58,586 bases of DNA from a virus. Its lineage: Duplodnaviria > Caudoviricetes. The stretch is taken from positions 1 to 58,586 of the IMG/VR virus record IMGVR_UViG_3300036770_003690. One strand, 5' to 3'. Below the pieces are notes generated by a model, which did no database searches, had not been told where the DNA came from, and was given only the letters and a program-made list of their open reading frames with translations. Position 1 is the first letter of the stretch; the number at the start of each line of letters is the position of its first letter. Below, in pieces: positions 53,518 to 58,586 of the stretch. The translations under genes and the position numbers were made by a program.

Positions 53518-53886
53518 TTATACTCTTGAATAACACACCCGAGCAACTCCTTGACTAGGAGATGCGATAGAAGAAAATGCCCCATAAGAAAGGTCTAACG
53601 ACCTTCCTGCTACAAATGGTCCTCTATCATTCACACGCACAACTACAGATCGTCCATTAGATGGGTTTGTAACTCTTATACGAGTTCCAAAAGGCAATGA
53701 CCTATGAGCAGTTGAAAGTCCATAAGCATTAAATCTTTCCCCGTTTGCTGTGGTTGCACCGTGGAATCCATCATTTACTCCATAAAAAGAAGCAAATGTG
53801 CATCCTGCTGCTTGTGCTTCAAATGGAATCGCACTGAAAAATGAAATAGTAGTAATAGCAAATACTTTTTTAATTTTTGATAGCAT
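53518..53886 (-). CDS. RlpA-like (DPBB) lytic transglycosylase with signal peptide
   Basis: ASFYG, TANGERFN, TAHRSLPFGT, VRVNDRGPF, LDLS. Confidence 0.9.
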   Translation of the reverse strand: MLSKIKKVFAITTISFFSAIPFEAQAAGCTFASFYGVNDGFHGATTANGERFNAYGLSTAHRSLPFGTRIRVTNPSNGRSVVVRVNDRGPFVAGRSLDLSYGAFSSIASPSQGVARVCYSRV

Positions 53887-53892
53887 TTTAAG

Positions 53893-53943
53893 TAATAGAA
53901 CTCTACATCAGTCTTAAGATAATAAAATTATCTTTAACTGCTC
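53893..53943 (-). promoter_or_regulatory. Structured leader motif, copy 2
   Basis: GAGC-AGT-[hairpin]-ACT-GATGTAGA-GTTCTATTA just before the ATG. Confidence 0.55.
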
Positions 53944-53946
53944 ATT

Positions 53947-54600
53947 TTATGAATCAACTTCGGTTAGAACTAACTTATTTGCGTAGTTATACGCATAGTC
54001 AGTTCTTGCTCCGTGATGACCCCAACGAATCCACTTTTGAGCAAGACGCATATACTGTTGAATAGTCTTTCCTGGTGTCTTCATATAAGGTTCAATCATC
54101 TTCCAGTCACCCTCATGCAACATATAATCAAGTTGAGCATCTAGTGAGGAAGGATTAGCACCAATACGTGCTGCGTGTTTCCCTAACCCATAGAACCTTG
54201 GGGCATTAGTCCATTGAATTAGACCATATCCACCACTTCTACAGGAGTTGTAGGAAACTCTAGCACCACCTTCGCAGATATTAGGGAAAAATGTTGATTC
54301 CTGACGAATGTTTCCCATAATGGTTGCGAGGGCATTTCTATCAGTAATTCCACGACTCTGAAGAAATTCTAGAGTACGTGTTTCGTTTGAATTACATCCT
54401 TTACAAACTAGCCTTTTTTCTTTTGGCTTTTCGGGAGCAACCTCTTTGGTCGTTGTCTCCTGGGTTTTGCTTTCTTCCGTTAAAATTGCGATTTGTGGAG
54501 TAGCACTTGAAGTAGCATAACCCGGTGTTGGCAATGTTGCCGCTGATGTCGCAACCGCACCTAAAAGAGATACGGCTACAGTTGAAAGGTTTCTTAGCAT
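53947..54600 (-). CDS. Lysozyme-fold cell-wall hydrolase (phage tail lysozyme type) with signal-like N-terminus
   Basis: ATIMGNIRQES, GYGLIQWT, AQLDYMLHE. Confidence 0.8.
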   Translation of the reverse strand: MLRNLSTVAVSLLGAVATSAATLPTPGYATSSATPQIAILTEESKTQETTTKEVAPEKPKEKRLVCKGCNSNETRTLEFLQSRGITDRNALATIMGNIRQESTFFPNICEGGARVSYNSCRSGGYGLIQWTNAPRFYGLGKHAARIGANPSSLDAQLDYMLHEGDWKMIEPYMKTPGKTIQQYMRLAQKWIRWGHHGARTDYAYNYANKLVLTEVDS

Positions 54601-54606
54601 TAATTT

Positions 54607-54675
54607 TAATAGAACTCTACATCCGTATAGGTAAAGGAGAAGTTCCCCTTCTCAGGGGCAGTACCCACGGCTCTA
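54607..54675 (-). promoter_or_regulatory. Structured leader motif, copy 1
   Basis: GAGC-CGT-[insert]-ACG-GATGTAGA-GTTCTATTA just before the ATG; promoter TTGACA-N17-TATTAT at 54728-54756. Confidence 0.55.
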
Positions 54676-54756
54676 AATCAAACTCAAAGACTCATAATAA
54701 TTACCCTACTCATAATAGGGATTTTACATAATAAGTGATTATTTAGGATTTGTCAA

Positions 54757-55134
54757 TCAACGAACATCGATTTCCTGATCATCCGTCCAATCTTCATTAT
54801 TAATGGAAATATATTCGATTTCATCCACATCATCAGGAATGTTAATCCATTCATCAAATTCTGAGGCAAGAGCACGAGCATTGCGATGCCTATCTGCCTC
54901 GTGCAAAAATTCAATCTTCTTTACTGCCCAATTACGAATATCTGCAAGTTCTTGGTTATGAATAGTCACGACTTCCTCTTTTTCTTCCTCTTGATGTGAT
55001 TGGACTTCTACTTTTGGTTGCTCTACCTCTGGTTCTGATTCTTCTACCTGAGAATAATTTTCAGTTACAACTACTTTCCTATCCTCCTTTGCGAGATTAG
55101 CAGCAAGTTTAAATAGTGCCTTAAAAAATTTCAT
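54757..55134 (-). CDS. Hypothetical acidic protein
   Basis: 125-aa ORF. Confidence 0.7.
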   Translation of the reverse strand: MKFFKALFKLAANLAKEDRKVVVTENYSQVEESEPEVEQPKVEVQSHQEEEKEEVVTIHNQELADIRNWAVKKIEFLHEADRHRNARALASEFDEWINIPDDVDEIEYISINNEDWTDDQEIDVR

Positions 55135-55241
55135 GATCGTAGATGGGTGTATGAGTATTCTATATCAAAAAAGACCCCTTGTGGAGTCTTGTAGACAGTT
55201 TAGAAAGTGATTATAGATAGTTCTATTAATATGTATGTTTA

Positions 55242-55667
55242 ATGACCTGGAAATATAACAATCAAGAATTTACAGAAGCACCAAAGGGTATGGAAGGATT
55301 TGTTTATATTATTACAAATCTAACCAATAATAAAAAATATATCGGTAAGAAACATTTCTGGACTCGTCAAAAAGATCGTAAGACAGGTCGTAGAAAAACG
55401 AAAGAAAGTGATTGGCAAAAATACTTTGGATCTTGCGATGAACTAATTGAAGATGTAAAAAATCTCGGAGAAGATAAGTTTCTCCGAGAAATACTTTACT
55501 TATGTCCTCATAAGAAATCTATGAGTTTTTATGAGACTATGGAACAATTCAAAAGAGATGTAATCTTCAAAGAGGATTATTATAACACGAATGTTGAAGG
55601 TAAGTTTTTCAGTAGTGAAGTAGATAGGATTTATAATATAGTTGGAAAAAGTTTATTATTAGAATAA
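55242..55667 (+). CDS. GIY-YIG-family endonuclease
   Basis: GFVYIITNLTNNKKYIGKK, YFGS, YYN; only credible plus-strand gene. Confidence 0.8.
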   Translation: MTWKYNNQEFTEAPKGMEGFVYIITNLTNNKKYIGKKHFWTRQKDRKTGRRKTKESDWQKYFGSCDELIEDVKNLGEDKFLREILYLCPHKKSMSFYETMEQFKRDVIFKEDYYNTNVEGKFFSSEVDRIYNIVGKSLLLE

Positions 55668-55673
55668 AAAACT

Positions 55674-56852
55674 TTAAAGTTTAAATCCAGCAAATGTATC
55701 TTTCTTCACATCTTGCTTAATACCACCAACCACATAAGATTCAACTTCTGTTTCCTGGGGAGCAACTTGAAGACCCTTAGAAGAAATCCAATGTTGCGTC
55801 CAAGGAAGTGGATTATTATTCGCAGGAATATCATAAGCAGGTTTGAGACCAATTGCTTTCATACGACGATTAGCAATCCATTCAACATACTGCTGAAGAA
55901 GTTTATCATTAAGTCCAATCATAGAACCATCTTTGAACAGATAATCTGCCCACTTCTTTTCTTCATTTACAGCACGATCAAACATTTTATAAACCCACTC
56001 TTCCTCTTCTTTTGCAATTTGTTGCATTTCAGGATCATCACCTTCTCTCCACTTATTCAGAATGTTCTGAGTAAGTGCTAGGTGTTGATTTTCATCTCTA
56101 GCAATTAGGGAAATAATTTTTGCACTCCCCTCCATAAGTTTGAGTTCACCAAAAGCAAAACTACAAGCAAAACTAACATAGAAACGAATACCCTCAAGAA
56201 TATTAACGTTTGCAATAGCTCGGTAGAGTTTTCTTTTAACATCATTGAGATCTTCTTTAGCGTAATCAACTCCCTCAAGTTTGTGTTTCCATGATTCAGA
56301 AGTGCCATAAGATTGTGCTGAATTAATGAATTCATTGTATGATTCTGTAACGCTTTCTGCACGTTCTAGAATTCTTTCATCATGAATAATAGTGTCAAAT
56401 ACATCTGAAGGATCTGAATATACATTCTTGATGATGTAAGTATAAGAACGACTATGAATCATCTCCATAAATTCCCATACTGTCATACATGCTTCCAATT
56501 CTGGAAGAGAACAATATGGAAGAAATGCCATTCCAGGTCCACGTCCCTGGACAGAATCAAGCATGATCTGATACTTCAAATTTGAAGTATAAATGTGCTT
56601 TTGCTCGGGACGAAGTGTTTGATAATCTCCTCGATCTTTTTGAAGGGAGACCTCCTCAGGTCTCCAAAAATATCCTAGTTGTTGTGTTGTAAGTTTTTCA
56701 AAGATAGGATACTTATAAGAATCGTATCTTTGAACCCCTAATGGTTTACCAAAGAACATTGGTTGTTTTTTTGTGTTGACTTCTTCAGTGTTAAAAACAG
56801 TCATTCCTTTAATAGTTTCATGTTCCTTGGTTGCCATAAAATCGTACTGCAT
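55674..56852 (-). CDS. nrdB: Ribonucleotide reductase class I beta subunit
   Basis: FWRPEEVSL, DSVQGR, EMIHSRSY, LEGIRFYVSF, RDENQH, VAPQETE. Confidence 0.97.
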   Translation of the reverse strand: MQYDFMATKEHETIKGMTVFNTEEVNTKKQPMFFGKPLGVQRYDSYKYPIFEKLTTQQLGYFWRPEEVSLQKDRGDYQTLRPEQKHIYTSNLKYQIMLDSVQGRGPGMAFLPYCSLPELEACMTVWEFMEMIHSRSYTYIIKNVYSDPSDVFDTIIHDERILERAESVTESYNEFINSAQSYGTSESWKHKLEGVDYAKEDLNDVKRKLYRAIANVNILEGIRFYVSFACSFAFGELKLMEGSAKIISLIARDENQHLALTQNILNKWREGDDPEMQQIAKEEEEWVYKMFDRAVNEEKKWADYLFKDGSMIGLNDKLLQQYVEWIANRRMKAIGLKPAYDIPANNNPLPWTQHWISSKGLQVAPQETEVESYVVGGIKQDVKKDTFAGFKL

Positions 56853-56892
56853 ACTTCTTCTCTTCTAGATTTAAAAAATTTACCAAATAATA

Positions 56893-58586
56893 TCAAATTT
56901 TACAAGACTCACAGTCTTCTTCATTTCCTAATTCAAGAATTTGATTAATTAAAGAATCCACCTTATCTAATTTATCTTCGGTGATTTCGTCAGTTTTAAT
57001 ATCATAAGTGTTTTGATAATAACTTGTTTTCCAACCATACTTATATGTGGTTAAAAGATCTTGTGCCATTATGCTAACAGGAACTTCATTATTGGCATAA
57101 TTCTCCGGATTATAGGACCAGTTTCCAGAAATCGCTTGATCGAAGAATTTTTGCATAACAGCAACAATATTGATATAACCAGTATTGCTAGGCATATCCC
57201 AAAGAAGCGTATAATTGTTCTTAAGTGTTTGATATTGTGGAACAATTTGCTTAAGTGGTCCTTTCTTCGACTTTTTAATGGACAAGTAACCGCGAGGTGG
57301 TTCGATTCCGTTGGTTGCGTTTGACACAACGGAACTGCTCTCCGATGGCATCTGTGCGGACAGTGTTGAGTGCCTGAGACCGTGCTCCAGGATGGATGCT
57401 CTAAGTGATTCCCAATCATGCTCTAATGGAATGGAAGAAATTTCATCTACGTCTCTTTTATATGTATCAATTGGTAAAATACCATCAGCATATTTGGTAC
57501 GTCCAAAGTGTTCACAGTGCCCTTTCTCTTTAGCAAGTTGATTAGATGCTTTTAGAAGATAATATTGAAATGCTTCAGAAAGTCCATGAACAGCATCCCA
57601 TGCCTCCTGAGAATCATACTTGAATCCAAGTTTAGCAAGGTAATGAGCAAGGCCAATATAACCAATTCCAAGAGAACGACGACGCTTAGTGAAGTTCTCT
57701 GCTGCTTTTACTGGATAATGCTGATAATCAATAATTTCATCTAGAGCACGAACTGAAAGATCACAAAGTTCTTCTAGTTCTTCATCAGATTTCACTTTAC
57801 CGACATTGACCGCAGAAAGAATACAAGTTGCAATTTCTGCATAATTATCATCATCAATATGTTGAATTGGAGTTGTTGGTTCAGTAATTTCCTGACAAAG
57901 ATTACTCATAGTAATTTGATCCTTATAAGAACTATGAGAATTGCAATGGTCAATGTTCATAATGTAAACACGACCAGTTTCGGCACGTTCTTTTAGAAGG
58001 TCAAGAATAAGTTCTTGTGCCTTAACAGTTTTCTTTTTAATTGATGGATCATTTTCATATTTGATATAGAGATCATCAAATTCAGGAAGACCAAAGACTT
58101 CATAAAGTCCAGGAACATCATTTGGAGAAAATAGTGTAATATTTCCGTCCTCAATAAACCTTTGATAGAAGATTTTGCTTAATTGAATAGAATAATCCAA
58201 TTTACGAACACGATTATCTTCTGTTCCTTTATTATTTTTTAGAACAAGAATGTCCTCTATTTCTTGATGCCAGATTGGAAAATGGACAGTAGCTGATCCA
58301 CCACGGATTCCATTTTGTGTGCAGCATCGTACAGTTGATTCAAACTTTTTAAGGAAAGGAACAACGCCAGTGTGCTGAACTTCTCCACCTCTGATTTTAG
58401 AGTTGATTCCACGGATTCGACCCGCATTAATACCAATACCAGCCCTTTGTGCGACATACCTGCCAATAGCCATATCGCTACTAAAGATACTATCGAGGGT
58501 GTCATCAACATCAACCAGAACACAAGATGCAAATTGACGAAGGGGTGTTCTAACTCCCGCCATGATTGGTGTTGGGATGTTGATTT
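56893..58586 (-). CDS. nrdA: Ribonucleotide reductase class I alpha subunit; 5' end outside window
   Basis: QFASCVL, SNLCQEI, MPSESSS, NATNGIEP, KTSYY, C-terminal CESC. Confidence 0.97.
   Translation of the reverse strand, partial: INIPTPIMAGVRTPLRQFASCVLVDVDDTLDSIFSSDMAIGRYVAQRAGIGINAGRIRGINSKIRGGEVQHTGVVPFLKKFESTVRCCTQNGIRGGSATVHFPIWHQEIEDILVLKNNKGTEDNRVRKLDYSIQLSKIFYQRFIEDGNITLFSPNDVPGLYEVFGLPEFDDLYIKYENDPSIKKKTVKAQELILDLLKERAETGRVYIMNIDHCNSHSSYKDQITMSNLCQEITEPTTPIQHIDDDNYAEIATCILSAVNVGKVKSDEELEELCDLSVRALDEIIDYQHYPVKAAENFTKRRRSLGIGYIGLAHYLAKLGFKYDSQEAWDAVHGLSEAFQYYLLKASNQLAKEKGHCEHFGRTKYADGILPIDTYKRDVDEISSIPLEHDWESLRASILEHGLRHSTLSAQMPSESSSVVSNATNGIEPPRGYLSIKKSKKGPLKQIVPQYQTLKNNYTLLWDMPSNTGYINIVAVMQKFFDQAISGNWSYNPENYANNEVPVSIMAQDLLTTYKYGWKTSYYQNTYDIKTDEITEDKLDKVDSLINQILELGNEEDCESCKI

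Noticed and set aside
55674-58586. Introns or inteins in nrdA/nrdB
   Set aside because: Frames are continuous with motifs in the expected order in the visible part

Overview
AT-rich segment of a large T4-like cyanophage (cyanomyovirus) genome, with almost every gene on the minus strand. In transcription order (right to left) it holds: nrdA (partial) and nrdB; one plus-strand GIY-YIG nuclease; two cell-wall enzyme genes; a ~4 kb array of 28 canonical tRNAs plus 2 atypical tRNA-like RNAs and structured spacers; a sugar-nucleotide/glycosyltransferase/methyltransferase cluster (cupin PMI, gmd, fcl, GT11, GT6, GT25-like); ho1 and a CpcT/CpeT lyase; a virion block with a 2925-aa repeat protein and a 3891-aa collagen-like fibre; a second glycosylation cluster; pcyA; and an SLH-domain porin truncated at the left edge. 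Top candidate for an undescribed system: a 33-codon leader ORF (50396-50497, minus) inside mutually exclusive anti-antiterminator/antiterminator/terminator helices, directly upstream of a 16-tRNA block. Its first 20 codons use exactly the 15 amino acids served by that block, suggesting a translational attenuator that senses the tRNA pool. Other highlights: a recursively nested 12+12 repeat architecture in the 2925-aa protein, a tRNA-like RNA with two T-arms and no anticodon loop, and a covarying RNA leader shared by the two cell-wall enzyme genes. All calls were made by eye; no searches or folding programs were run.
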